Positions 46,264 through 59,571 of a stretch of DNA of 64,000 nt are shown here, one piece after another (positions within the stretch are counted from its first letter, which is position 1; every line of letters begins with the position of its first letter). The DNA lies in NCBI GenBank assembly GCA_043228905.1, contig JBHGNT010000011.1:7378001-7442000 (forward strand). Direction: 5' to 3'. The translations under genes were made by a program, and so were the position numbers. The notes beneath the pieces were generated by a model. The model was not told the origin of the DNA and searched no databases. It saw nothing but the letters and a program-made list of their open reading frames with translations. Source of the DNA: Azolla caroliniana. Lineage: Eukaryota > Plantae > Polypodiophyta.

Positions 46264-48820
46264 GTTTTTCCCTTCAAGCTATGTCGGATGCAAAGGTTCT
46301 CAACCCTCGCACTCTGATACCATGTAAAGAATAGTGTGCGGAAGCAATAGGAAATCGAACACAGAAAATATGCAGGTTTAATGGAGAGCTTCTATATGCA
46401 CAGTACACGGGAGAGACAAAGAGAGAGAGAGAACACAAAAACCACTCGATTCAAAGCAATACTCAATCTGTACATACACCGTGCTTAGTGAGCACCTTTT
46501 ATAAAAGCCCTGACAATAGGGCTGACACAAGTACTGACAGTACTTGACCTCTCATAAATGAGCCTACTACGCTAACTCCCAAATTTATTCCTTACAAGGA
46601 ATATCTTCCTAACGACCTTCCGATTTACGCACCTGTCCGGCCTAACCGATTGGTCCCAACTTATCCGGTTCTTGGCTTGCACAGCCGATCCGACCGTGTT
46701 GTGCGTAACGATTTACGCACCCTATCTACGCACTGGGTTATGCATCATATTACGCACGAATGTTGAGCTTGTCTCTCAACAGAACACATTCTTTACATCC
46801 ATTTGATGGAAATGCCACCCCTTTACCGTGGCTACCGCAAGCAGGACACAAACGATTGTCATCTTCACAACCGCCGCAAAGGTCTCATCGTAGTCGATGC
46901 CATGTTGTTGTGCATATCCATTCGCCACTAACTGAGCCTTGTAGCGGTTGACAGAGCCGTCGGTGTTATACTTGGCCTTGTACACCCACCTGCATCCAAT
47001 CGGCTTTACACCCTTTGGGGCGTCAACCAGGTCCCAGGTTTCATTTTCCGCTAATGCGTGCATCTCTTCCTCCATTGCAACATGCCAATTTGCGTCCTTC
47101 GCCGCTTCTGCGTAGCTCTCTGGCTCATGCACTTCTGCCACTCGCGTCATGTACGCATAATGATGCGCCATGTACTCGTTGTATCCAAACCATAGCACGG
47201 GGTCCTTCTGGCGGCTTAATCGATGTAATTGCTCATTAGCCGATTTTGAGGCCCTCTTGGCCGACTCGGACTTCGTTTCTGAAGGTCAGTCTTCGTTCTT
47301 CTTGGAGTCACATTCGCTTTGATCCAACTTGTCTTTATCAGTGCCATACTCCAACATCTTCTTCTTTCCCTTCTCTTTGCACGTAAGCCGTCTCCTCGAC
47401 TTCTGGTGCGGGGATTCCACAACCGAGTCTCCACTACTCGCCAGCTCGTCGTTGGACTGGTCATTCCAACTCAGTCTCTTATTTGGTGCACTCAACCTGA
47501 ATGAAATCGGACTCTCTTCAAGAGTTCCGATTACTTCTTTGTTCAGAGGCATTTCGGCCTCACTAACCTTGTCTTTAGAGATTGGAATGGAGTTGTCAAG
47601 GGTTAGAGGTGAAGGGAAGTACCACGACGCGGATTCGTCGAATATGACATCTCAGCTCACTCGAACTTGTTTGGTTCGGGGGTTATAACACTTATAACCC
47701 TTCTGGTCACATGAGTAGCCGACCAACATGCATTTCTCTGACTTTGGGTCTAGCTTCATTCGCTTCTCATCGGGCACGTGCACATAGGCAATGCTCCCGA
47801 ATACCCTCAAGTATCGTAGGTTTGGCTTCCTTCCGAAATACAACTCATGTGAAGACACCTTTACTCCGATTCGATTTTGGATGTAGACCACGGTTCATAC
47901 TGCTTCGGCCCAATAGAACTTGGGCATGCTCTTTTCTTCCAACATCACCCATGCCGCTTCCACAACCAAACGATTCTTCCTTTTGGCTATGTCGTTTTGT
48001 TCCGGCGTATATCTACAACTGAACTCGCGCCGAATTGCCATTTGTCACAGATAATAGTTGAATTGGCCAAAAAAGTACTCTTTTCTGCCATCCGACCACA
48101 AGCACTTGATCTTCCTCTCTGGTTCCCTTTCAACAAGATTTTTTAGGTTTCGGAAACAGTCGAAGACTTCACTATTCTTTTCGATGAGGTAGATCCATGT
48201 GTGCCGGCTGTAGTCATCGATGAAGGAGACGAAATACTGACTGCCGCTAAGACTTATGTTCTGTGCTGGTCCCCATACATCTAAGTGTATCAAGTTGAGC
48301 ATATTTCGACTCCGGTTACGCCTGTTTGGGAAAGGAAGTGGGTGTTGCTTCCCTAGCTACAACCTTCACAAATTGGGGTCTTATGGTCACTGAATTTCGG
48401 CAATCCGAACACAACTTGTTTCGATTGCAAATCCTGAAGCCTCTTGTAGTTGACGTGGCCAATCTGTTTATGCCATAAGTCGATATCCGACTCGACTTTT
48501 TGTCATTTCGTGAACAAAGTGGTCCCAACGTCATTCGTGTCGAGGATGAACATCCTCTCGTCTCTGCGCCCTTGCTCGATAATTTGGCCCTAATCCTCGA
48601 TGAAGCACCTGAGATGCGTGAATCGCACTTGCATTCCCTCATCGATGATATGTCCGACCAACACCAGATTCTTTGTTATTGTCGGGGCGTGCAGGACGTT
48701 CATCAATTTTCCCTTTTGCTCAACATGGTTGAGGGGGACTTCACCGACATGCTCGATGGTATGTGGGGTGTCGTATCTGGTTTTGTCCCTCTGGTTGTTC
48801 CGGTTTTCTAGATAAGCAAA

Positions 48821-51800
48821 TGTTACCCGAACAAGTGGGGAAGTGTCGTAGTCGGAAATGAAGAACGTTCAGAGTCGGAGTCAATTTCGGATCGGTATAG
48901 AGGATCAATGAGTCAGCATCTGACCAAAGTAAATTAAAATTGAAACTATAAGTTAGTTAAGGATTTGTAGTTCTTGCCATGTTTGGCAATATGTTTTCTT
49001 GATGAGGAAGTCCTTCCGGTTGCCTATAAGAGGAACCGAAGGCAGTGTAAAGAGATATCATTTTATTTAGTAATATAAAGTTAGTTTAGGAAATCTCTAT
49101 GTACGAAACACTCTGTCAATCTATTTCCTTTCTGTTATAACTTATTACGTAAATAGCGATCTCGATGCTTACTGAACATCGATAAGTTTACAATCAGTTT
49201 AGTATCTATTCGTCTAAAACCACAATTCATTGATAGAACGTTCGGTGAGCAACGTTTGACCTATATAGTGTCGGCAATAGTTATTGTCGACCAAACAACA
49301 CAGTATAATTTTGGCACGCCCGGTTACATCTGTAGTTAGCAGAGAACAAGTCGAATGGATGTGGTCTGGTACAAATACACCAGTTAGTTGTAAACGTTCT
49401 CGTACATGTTCGATTACGAAGACACAAGAAAAAGATTCGGCTACAGAGTTACAGCCAGAAATAAGTAGAAGGTGGTCTGCGCTCCCCAATTTAACTGATT
49501 GTCAAACGGACGAGAATTAGGAGGAGGAGATATCATTTTATGATATCTGGAGTGAAGACAATATGCCTTACCCGTATTCTAAGTTTCAGGAAGGTGCTGA
49601 TGCAGAAACGCATGTTAGGGATTTCTTGACAACATAGGAAATTAACCATGGAGCTCAGAGGCTATCGACAGTAGCCGAAGATAAATCTAAAATTGATGAG
49701 TTTGTTTTGTCATTAGATGGTCAGTCTGCTAATTGGTTTGCGCAAAATAGTTTCCGTGCGTTCGAAACATTTGAACAATAAAATACAAAATTTCTACAAT
49801 TATTTCATTGTCAGATTCCTCAAAAGGATTTGATAGCGCAATTTTATGCATTGTATCAGGAGCCGCATGAAACGGTGTCTCAATTTGTCATCCGTTTTCA
49901 GAATTTACAACTCCAGATTTCTAGGCCTATTCCGGACAATGAATTGAAGGATGTATTCCTTGAAGCAATTCGTGAACCATTACGAACAACATTAGTAGTG
50001 TTTGATTTCCGGAATCAGACGATCGAGCAAGTGATTGATAAACCAATCGCTATGGGCTGGAATCCGAAAAATATAAAGAGTATGGATATGTTAGCATTAC
50101 ATCATACGTTGCCAACTCGGGAGGAGTTGTAGTTTCGGCAAGCAGTTCAATGTATCACTTGTTTGAATACTGGGCATTCGGCAATAGAATGTAGTTTGCG
50201 AACACATTGCACAATATGTCATTCTAAACTTCATTCGGTCGAGCAATGTGAATATAATCTTCTTAACAAAACAATGACACCGGTACGGAATTTTTTTCCA
50301 AAAAAGGAGTACCAGAATAACCGACATATATTCAATAATGAGTACCAAGAAACCGCTCGACAAAATAATTATCAACAGAATCAAGATTTTTCGGCGGCAC
50401 AAGATAACGACTATCAGCAAAACAATGGAGGTCGGTTTAAACAAAATCGCTATAAAAATAAATAATTCTATAAGCAAAAAGCATCACGACAATTTTAACA
50501 ACCCCCAGATTCTAATGAAGAGGGAAATCATCAATTTGCGCAAGGCGAAGGGAGTGGACCATTTGTTCCTACCTACTATATTTGCCGACAGGAGGGCCAT
50601 TATACAAATCAATGTCCGTCAAAAGGAAAAGGAAAAACATCGGTTGTGCATATGGTCATGCCGGAAATTCAACAAGTGACCACCAGAAGTAAAAGTAAAC
50701 AATCAAAGTGGGAAATTCAGGAAGTTGTTCGGAAAGTAGCCAAGGAATGGGTAGAAGAAGCAAATAAAAACAATGTGTCCCGAATGCTTCATTAATCAAG
50801 CTAATGAATTGCCCGGAGTTATGGCTGTACCAGAACAAGAAGAAACTTGGAAAATCTTGGCAGATTGCCAAGTATCATTGCCTTTGACGGGATTACTCAA
50901 ATTAGTTCCTAGGTTCACAGAAAAAGTGGCGACGCTAATTGCCCAAAAAGGTACGGAATAGGTAGACGTTCACTATAATCAGCCGAGTAATAATCCTTCA
51001 ATTATGGATGAGCAAAATCCTTCTATTAAAGTAATAATCCATGGGCAAGAAATAGAAGGTGCTATTGCCGATGGTGGCTTAGGCATGAATGTAATTAATA
51101 GAACTACTTGTGATAAGCTTGGCATTACCAAATGGGAAGCATGTCCATTCCGGCTAAGAATGGCCGATACTAGTACGGTACGACCAATCGGGTTACTGCG
51201 GCAGTTGGATGTCGTATTAAGAGGTCACACTTTTCAAATATCAGCAGTAGTGCTGCATTTGGAAGCTCCTGGAGCATATCCTTTGCTATTAGGTAGACCA
51301 TGGTTAAAAATTGCTAATATTAAGCAAAATTGGAATCAGAATTTATTAACATTCCAGAAAGGCAAGTCGAAAATCTAGGTGTCTACGCAGAATAAGATTA
51401 CGACGAGCAAACAATGTTTGCCAATTCATGCGGAGGCTGTAAATATGATGGAAGGACTAGATGAGATCGAAGAAAATCATTATTTTAATGATAACCCAAA
51501 AATTATTCCGTTGTTTGAAGTAGACATATTACAAACTCTGACACTGTACATGGATGCACAAGAGGAGTTACCATTAGATGAGCAAACGATGAAGGAAATC
51601 CGAATGCAACAGGAAGGTACCGAAAGACAAATGAAGGTATCTCAACGGGTTGAGGCTTCAGTATTGGAGGAAGTAAATTTGGCAGAAGATGATAAAGGGT
51701 GTGAACCAAAAATAGTGTTGGTGGCTAAAGATATGAGCGTAGCGGATAAACAAAGGCTACTTGGGTTACTAAAACACTTGCATAAAGATGCAAAACTGGT

Positions 51801-54384
51801 TCACCAACAACGAAGGTATCGTTTAAATCCTAATTATGCAATTAAAGTTAAAGAGGAAATAGATAAACTCTTGAAGGTAGGGTTCATTCGACCGGTAAAA
51901 AAAGCTACATGGCTAAGTCCAATTGTAGTTGTTCCGAAAAAGAATGGAAAAATATGAGTATGTGTCGACTATCGGAAACTAAATGCAGCAACAGTAACAG
52001 ACGCATTTCCATTACCGTTTACGGATGGGATCTTAGATGCAGTCACTGATCATGAAATGTATTGTTTCCTGGATGGATTTAGTGGGTATAATCAGGTAAG
52101 GATACATCTGGAGGATCAAGAGAAGGCAACCTTCGTTACTGAATGGGGAGTATTTGTGGCAGTAGTAATGATGTCGGATTAAAAACAGCTCCGGCCACAT
52201 TTCAAAGGGTTATACATGAGATTTTTGCGGAATACATTCCTGCATTTATGCAAGTTGTTTTGGATGATTTCGTCGTGTATAGTCGGAAAGTGGAACATTT
52301 CGAGCATTTACGACTATGTTTGGAGCAATGTCGGAAAGGTCGGCTCAGTTTGAATCCGGCAAAATGTGCGTTCGAAGTTACTAGTGGGACACTATTAGGC
52401 CATATTGTCGGCTAAGAAGGAATTGCAGTTGACCCAGACAAGTTCAGGACCATATTAGAAGCACCAACAACTACAAACGCTAAGGGCCTTAGTCGGTTCT
52501 TGGGGCAGATTAGATGGCATAGCAAGATGATTAGATATCTTGCGGATGTGGCTATGCCTCTACACACAACGGTGCATAAAGTTCTTTTTCAATGGACAAG
52601 TGTGGACAAGAATTTGAGTTTGACATTTTACATCGGCCAGGAGCACAACATGCGGTTGCTGATTATCTTAGCCGACTAGAGTCGGGAGAAGAAGGCATAG
52701 GTGTGCCGGATGATTTTCTGGATGGACAACTCTTTCGAGTGGAAGTAGTACGAGTACAAGAAATAAATGAGGAAGCCAAGGATGCTTGGATCTCTGAGAC
52801 GACAATCTTTCTTACAACAGGGCTACCACTAGAGCATCTATCGGCGGATGAAAGGAAAAGGTTAGCCGTTCATAGTCGGAATTTCTATTTTTTGAACGAT
52901 ACTCTCTATCATAAAGGAGCAGACGGAATTTGGAGAAGGACAGTACGACAATTTGAGAAATCGATAATTCTGCGAGAATCTCATTGTGGTATTGCAGGTG
53001 GTCATTATGCCAGAGAAACTACAACCCGAAAAATATGGAACAGTGGCTTATGGTGGCCGACAGTAATGAAGGATGCAGTAGACTATTGTCGAAAATGTGA
53101 TTTATGTCAAAGACTAGGGCAACCCACAGAAAAAGACAGAATGCCTTTCCAACCTGTTTTGCCTTTGGAGCCATTTCAAAAATGGGGATTGGATTTTGTC
53201 AGTCCATTTAAACCAGCAGCCATTCGCACAGGTAATCGTTACATCATAGTCGCCACAGATTACTGTACGAAGTGGGTAGAAGCTAAACCCCTCAGGGACA
53301 ATACGGCAACATCAACAGCAAAAATTTTGTACGAAAATATATGGTGTTGATTTGGGTGTCCAATAGAATTAGTAAGCGATCAAGGTACACATTTTATTAA
53401 TAAAATTGTACATGAGATATCCACATATTATGCAGTGGTTCATAAAAAGAGCACTCCTTATTATCCACAAGCAAATGGATTAGTAGAATTGACAAATAAA
53501 ACACTGTAGACAATACTCAAAAAGATAGTCAATGAAAATCATACAGACTGGGATTAAAAGCTTCAGAGTGCTTTATGGGCATATCGGACGTCTTAAAAAA
53601 CATCTATTAAATCAACTCCTTTCCGAATGGCTTTCGGGTTAGAAGACGTAATGCTAGTAGAATTTCAGATTCTGACACTTCGAATACAAGCAACTGAAAA
53701 TTTAATGAGCTACAGTCGGAACAAATTCGGAAGGAAGCCTTATTACTGTTAGAGGAAGAAAGAATACAGGCCATGTCAACTTTGGAACACAAGCAAAGAC
53801 AAACAACGACATTTGTAAATCGTCACAGACGTCAGAACGAAGTACAGTTCGAAATCGGCAAACCGGTACTAGTATATTCCCATCGGGCGTGCCAAAATTA
53901 TACTGTGTTGTTCGGTCGACAATAACTATTGCCAACACTATATAGGTCGAACGTTGCTCACCAAACATTCTATCAATGAATTGTCGTTTTAGACGAATAG
54001 ATACTAAACTGATTGTAAACTTATCGATCTTCAGTAAGCATCGAGATCACTATTTACGTAATAAATTATAACAAAAAGGAAATAGATTGACAGAGTGTTT
54101 CGTACACAGATTTCCTAAACTAACTTTATATTACTAAATAAAACGATAGCTCTTTACACTGCCTTTGGTTCCTCTAATAGGCAACCGGAAGGACTTCCTC
54201 AACAAGAAAACATATTGCCAAACATGGCAAGAACTACAAAATCCTTAACTAACTTATAGTTTCAATTTTAATTTACTTTGGTCAAATGTTGACTCATTGA
54301 TCTTCTATACCGATCCGAAATTGACTCCGACTCCGAACGTTCTTCATTTCCGACTACGACACTTCCCCACTTGTCCGGGTAACA
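48821..54384 (+). mobile_element. Ty3/gypsy element G3 (same lineage as G1) bounded by inverted LTRs
   Basis: Arms 48821-49311 and 53895-54384 are reverse complements (~95% by eye). PBS 49312-49324 and reversed PBS 53877-53894. TSD GCAAA (48816-48820, 54385-54389). Confidence 0.92.
49400..53876 (+). pseudogene. gag-pol of G3 (degenerate; most RNase H deleted at ~52587; integrase C-terminus truncated)
   Basis: CITCLNTGH..C, CTICHSKLH..C; AIADGGLGMN; WLSPIVVVPKKNG; VLDDF; [14 protein letters not shown]; QKWGLDF. Confidence 0.87.
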
Positions 54385-54439
54385 GCAAACCACTCCGCGT
54401 GGCTTGTCATATGGTTTGATGCTCTGGAATCAACATACC

Positions 54440-57125
54440 TGTTGAGTGACAAGCTCAACATTGGGTGCGTAACACGGTGCGTAACCCAGTGCGTAGACTG
54501 GGTGCGTAACAGTACGCATAACATGGCCGTATCGGTGCGTAAACTGAAAGACCGTTAGTATGGTATTCCTCGTAAGGAATAATTTTGGGAGTTAGTGTAG
54601 TAGGCTCATTTATGAGTAGTCAAGTACTGTTAGTACTTGTGTCAGCCCGATAGTCAGGGCTTGTATAAAAGGTGCTCGCTGAGCACGAAGTATGTACAGA
54701 GTGTCATTATTTTGAAATAGAACTAAGTTGTCTGCTCTCTCTCTGTCTCTGTCTCTCCCTCTCCATCTCCATCTCTACGTTTTTTGTGTTTTACCAAATT
54801 GTCGTTCTCCGAACTATGTACTCTGTGTTTCGCATACGCTTCCGCACACGTATTCTTTTACATGGTTGAAGTCCTCTGCAGTCGATAGAAAACCTTGCGA
54901 CAGAGACATAGTTGAGTTGTTATTCTTGGCTTTCGGAAAAGATGAGACAATAGGGACAGAGGAATGGAAAGCTCGCTACCGACTAAGAAGCTCGACAAGA
55001 GCAATAACACATCTTGGTCGTACGAGATGCACCAGTACCTGCTCGGTCATGGCTACTAGAGTTATGTCGAAGGAGATAATGATACAACACCTGAATCAAC
55101 ACATAGAGATTTTTCATCTTGGGAACAAGTGGCAAGCAGAGTTCTCTACTACTTTGCGTCCTATGTGAGTGACCAACTATTGAGCCATATTCGGGATGCC
55201 AAGACGGCAAAGGACGCATGGACGAATCTCAAGAAGACTTTCACCGCTAGCACCACAGCCAGGAAGCTTCAACTCAGGCAAAAGTTGAGCAATGTTCGAC
55301 AACAAGATATGTCGATGGCTGATTACACCTCCAAGATCAAAGAAATCTGCGACTCTCTCGCCTTCGTCAACGTGAATGTTGAGGAAGATGAGATGGTGTA
55401 GGTTTTTTGTCTTGGTGGGTTGGCGTCAAATTTCAAAGCGTCCCGAACGGCGGTATGTACGAGGGAGAATACGCCTACGTTCTTCGAGCTTCAATCAATG
55501 TTGCTCGTGGAGGAAAATCACGCGGCTGTGTCGACGAGTACGTACACCGACGACAAGATGCTATACAGGGAGGGAGATAGGCCCCGTGGTCGTGGCGGAT
55601 CGATGCATAATGGAAGCAGCCGAAAAGAGTTGAATGGACGACATAATGGAAATGTCGGGAACAATTCCAAACCATCCGGAAGTAGGGGGAGTCATGGCGG
55701 CGCCGGAAGCCAGCAAGATAAGACAGCAACGGAATGCTAGTACTATGGGAAGAAAGGTCACTGGGAGAGCTAGTGCTGGAAGAAACAAGCTGATTCGGAC
55801 AAAGCCGAACCAAACGGGAGAGATGTAGGAAGGCGTCAAAAGTCACACTACGCTGAGGACTTNNNNNNNNNNNNNNNNNNNNNNNNNNNNNNNNNNNNNN
55901 NNNNNNNNNNNNNNNNNNNNNNNNNNNNNNNNNNNNNNNNNNNNNNNNNNNNNNNNNNNNNNAGCCACCCCTTTGCCTTTTGCAGTCGGCATACAACCGA
56001 CATTCAATCCGGACTGAAATCCGAGTGGCTGCACCATGTATACCTGTTCCTCAAGTTCTCCTTGCAGGAACGCGTTCTTCACATCCAACTGGCGCAAATG
56101 CCACCCCTTTGCCGTTGCGACCGCAAGCAATACACAAACGATCATCTTCGCGACCGGCATGAACTTCTCAACGTAGTCGATGCCGTGTTGCTATGCATAG
56201 CCCTTGGCCACTAATCGGGCCTTGTATTGGTTGACGGAGTCGTCGGCATTGTACTTGATCTTGTACACCCACCTGCATCCGATCGACGTCACACCTTTGG
56301 GGGCATCAACCAAGTCAACACATACAACTACATAGTCAACACATACAACAACAAATCGTCGAGCACCTTCAGTGTGCGCATCGGCTATTGAGATACGTGA
56401 GCGACACTAAGGATTGGGGACTCTTGTACCGACATGGTATAACTGAACAACGATTGGGCTGGTGATGCGTCGGATTGTTGGTCAACGTCCGGCTTTACGT
56501 TTTCTCTCGGGAGTGCAACTGTTGTGTGGAGGAGCAAGAAGCAGCCGACAGTGGCTTTGTCGAGCATTGAGGTTGAGTACCGATGTGCTACCGTTGCGAC
56601 CTGTTAAGCCATTTGGCTTCGGCGACTGGTATAGGACATCCGGATCAAAGTACCGACTCCGATCTCGATATACTGCGACAACATTAGTAGCATGAAGCTG
56701 GCCAAGAACCCCTTGTTCCATGCTTGCACAAAGCACATAGAAGTGCATTACCACTTTGTGCGCGAGCGGGTCTTGAGCGATGAAGTCGAACTCCGGTATG
56801 TTCGAACCGATCGGCAGGTTGCCGATATCTTCACCAAGCCACTTGGGTCGGACAAGTTGCAACACTTCTCGGAGATGCTTGGGTTACACATCTCGATGTG
56901 CTGCACTTGAGGGGGAGAACATGTACAGGAACGGGGAGAACAAGTAAAGTCACCAGAGAAGCAGCCTTAGAGAAGGAGAATGAAACCGAAACAGGGGGAG
57001 ATAAGGAGAAAAAGTGAGCCAAGTCGACTAAAGAAGTCGACACATCCAATAAAGTCGGAACAAGCAGCTACGGTGGTAGAGTCAAGGACAAAGCCGACTG
57101 GAAGAGGAAGGCCAAGTCTGATTTG
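54440..57125 (+). mobile_element. Ty1/copia element F (A/B/C group), truncated and rearranged, spans an assembly gap
   Basis: 5' LTR 54440-54862 with a damaged PBS; gag from 54964 (MESSLPT); RNase H 56376-56917 and start of the extension; RT piece 55963-56316 in the opposite orientation; no 3' LTR. Confidence 0.75.
55863..55962. other. Assembly gap (100 N)
   Basis: Run of exactly 100 N, typical of a gap of unknown size. Confidence 0.99.
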
Positions 57126-59156
57126 AAGTCTCATTCTCAGTGGGAAAGGCATTCATGTGGATCAAGCATATAGCGTAGTTAGAATGTAACGGGGAGTTTC
57201 AGTGGAAATTTTCATGTGGATTATGCCTATAGATATCTGGGTAGATTCTCAATGGAAATTTAAGTTGAAAGCCGTATTGTCTATGCTGCGTGTAACAGTC
57301 TGGTGGAGTTTGTGTTTTCTCGTAATTATGCATATATTTTAGTTATGGATGATCCTCATTCGTTCTCAGGGAAATTTTATTTCAGACCCTATCCTGTGAC
57401 GTCTGATACAGAATTGCCTCAGGATAGTGGCTGAGTTTCATAGAACAAACAGATTTTGGCTGTTTTCTTTCAGCGTCTAAGATTTAATTATGCAAACATA
57501 TGCCTTATTTTGTAAGGATGAAGCTACATTCAATCAATATTGGTAATTTTGTGTCATTGCAACGTGCTAATGCGATAAAGCCCCTAGTATCCTTTTGTTC
57601 AGTTTGTGTTGTAGCACCTATACACATACCTCCGTTTTAATTGTACCACTTATTTTTTCATACTATCTTTGCACAAAACTTCAAATGTCTTGCAACCTTT
57701 GTTGCTATCAAATTCTCCAGAATCATCCATATACAACTCTCCTCTTCATGTGTTGGTTTATATTTGTCTATTACAGACTTCATGCTTTTTTACATATGTA
57801 CTGTGCATATATTTTGTAATTAGTGTGTCCTAAATCGTTTATATATTCTAATGCTATATTTCTCATAATGAAGTTTCTTGAGGTTGTCATGTATCCCAAT
57901 TGGATTTCCTCAAAATATGAAATTTAATATGAATAAATAAAATAAAAGTGAATGTAGCTTTCACTGGGATTCATGAAAGCTCTAATAAAGATTGGATGAT
58001 TGATGACAGTGATGCTGCTTGATCTTGCAAGAAAGCTCAAGGAAGATCGTTGCCAAAAGTGAGATACTGATGTAGCATACAGAAAGGTTTACGTGTACAT
58101 AGTGATTTCATATAATGAAATGGAATAACTGGAAATGCGTACTCTGAAGCCAGGTTTATTATATGGGTTTCCCATCAATTGGAAAACGAAGTTATTCCGT
58201 TGACATATTGGGGCACCTAAAATACTAAAATAACCATTTATCATATCGAACTGAACACTTGTATTATATTCTTCATTATGCATCATATAGATGTCTATTG
58301 TGGGGATTTAACATTATGTTGGCTGATATATGTATTTATGTGCTACTTATATTTATGTCTGTTTTCACGTATTTTACTACTGGTTTATAGAAGTATATGG
58401 TGGCTAAGATTTTAAGACTAGAAAATTGTGTGTTCATAGCGAATTCGCCAGACCATTATATGATGACTCACCATTGTTGGATGAATATTCACACTGCAAT
58501 TATTAATCTAGACTTCTGCCCTGTTACCCACAGATCCCTACCGATCCATGGCAATCACTGAGGAAACACCATATTATACTGCAGCGCTGTATAATATGGT
58601 GTTGTTTTAGTTATTGTGGTGGTTGGTTTGTGAAAACTCTTCCCGTCATCTTCATTTTCTGTGTGTTTTAATGGATGTCCATGAAAGAAGAGTTAACATA
58701 ATTGTTGCATGCAAGATGTGAAGATTTGTTTAATAGGTACACAATTAACTCAAGACAATATTCTAGAGTTGTAATTTTGTTAAATTGTGATTGAAATCAT
58801 AAACATCAAATATGAAGAACTTGATCGAGATGTTATGCGAAGGATAACCAGTAATGTGGATATGAATGGAGTGGAGCTCTTGCTCACAAGAGGTCAAGCA
58901 AATATCTGAATGATCATATTCAGAAGAAAACTAAAAAGTTTTTGCATTCACAGTCAAATATCTAATTCATCATCTGAAGAAATCATAAAGTTTTTGCATT
59001 GATGAAAGTTCGTTTGATATCTAAAAACAATGAAACACCAATCCTTATTACATAAATGGCCATGCATTTGACCATTGAGCTTGTTGCTTCATTCCACAAC
59101 TAACCACAAAACAAAATTTGACAAAGTTATTACACTAGGTTGATGAGGTTGTTAGA

Positions 59157-59322
59157 GGAGGTTCCTTTAGGTCGCTTGGTCTTATAATACTTTAGAGGAT
59201 TTATCGTGCTATATAAGATCTTCAATATTCTAGTAGGTAGTCCTTAAAGGAGGTTCCCTTATGTCACTTAGTCATATAATACTTGAGGATTTATTGTGAT
59301 ATATAAGATCCTCAATATTTTA

Positions 59323-59325
<3 letters not shown>
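59157..59325. repeat. Degenerate tandem duplication, 92-bp period
   Basis: GGAGGTTCC..TATAATACTT..GAGGATTTAT..ATATAAGATC..CAATATT..AGTA at 59157 and 59249. Confidence 0.8.

Positions 59326-59359
<34 letters not shown>
59324..59359. repeat. (TA)n microsatellite at the LINE 3' end
   Basis: About 18 TA units. Confidence 0.95.
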
Positions 59360-59363
<4 letters not shown>

Positions 59364-59571
59364 GAAAAAGAAAGAAAGAAAGATATATTAACGTCTTCTA
59401 AGGCCAAAATTGGCCCATGAGACAAATGGTTTACAACAAAAAATGGGATATTTACCCATTAATCGAAAGCAAAAAATAAAAATAAAAATAGTGTTTTAAG
59501 CTAAATAGTTTTAGTAAAATAAAATAACAAACATGTTCTACAATGAAAATGATGTTATACTAGGCCTAATT

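Larger units (their letters stand above)
12659..46781 (-). mobile_element. Ty1/copia element C (degenerate) inserted in the RT of A; hosts G1 and E2
   Basis: LTRs 12659-13101 and 46323-46781; TSD GAACA (12654-12658, 46782-46786); PBS TGGTATCAGAG 46312-46322; PPT 13102-13113. gag 5' part 40190-40609 (MASSLPMEKLD), remainder 13114-17429. Confidence 0.92.
4676..54439 (-). mobile_element. Ty1/copia element A (outermost host, degenerate; 5' LTR and gag not seen)
   Basis: 3' LTR ~4676-5048 (outer end uncertain), PPT 5049-5060. Pol pieces 5061-5760, 11628-12658, 46782-48820 and 54385-54439 rejoin collinearly across the TSDs of B, C and G3 (e.g. FHARTKHI|EVHYHF; YVDSRASNHMTSH). Many stops. Confidence 0.85.

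Noticed and set aside
53877-54384. Inverted LTR of G3 as an assembly artefact or an independent reverse insertion
   Set aside because: The arms differ at roughly 5% of sites, one TSD flanks both outer ends, and the host sequence is collinear. Read-level confirmation is still needed.
57125-59150. Possible host exons in the AT-rich region
   Set aside because: I could not assemble a spliced frame with a recognisable protein.
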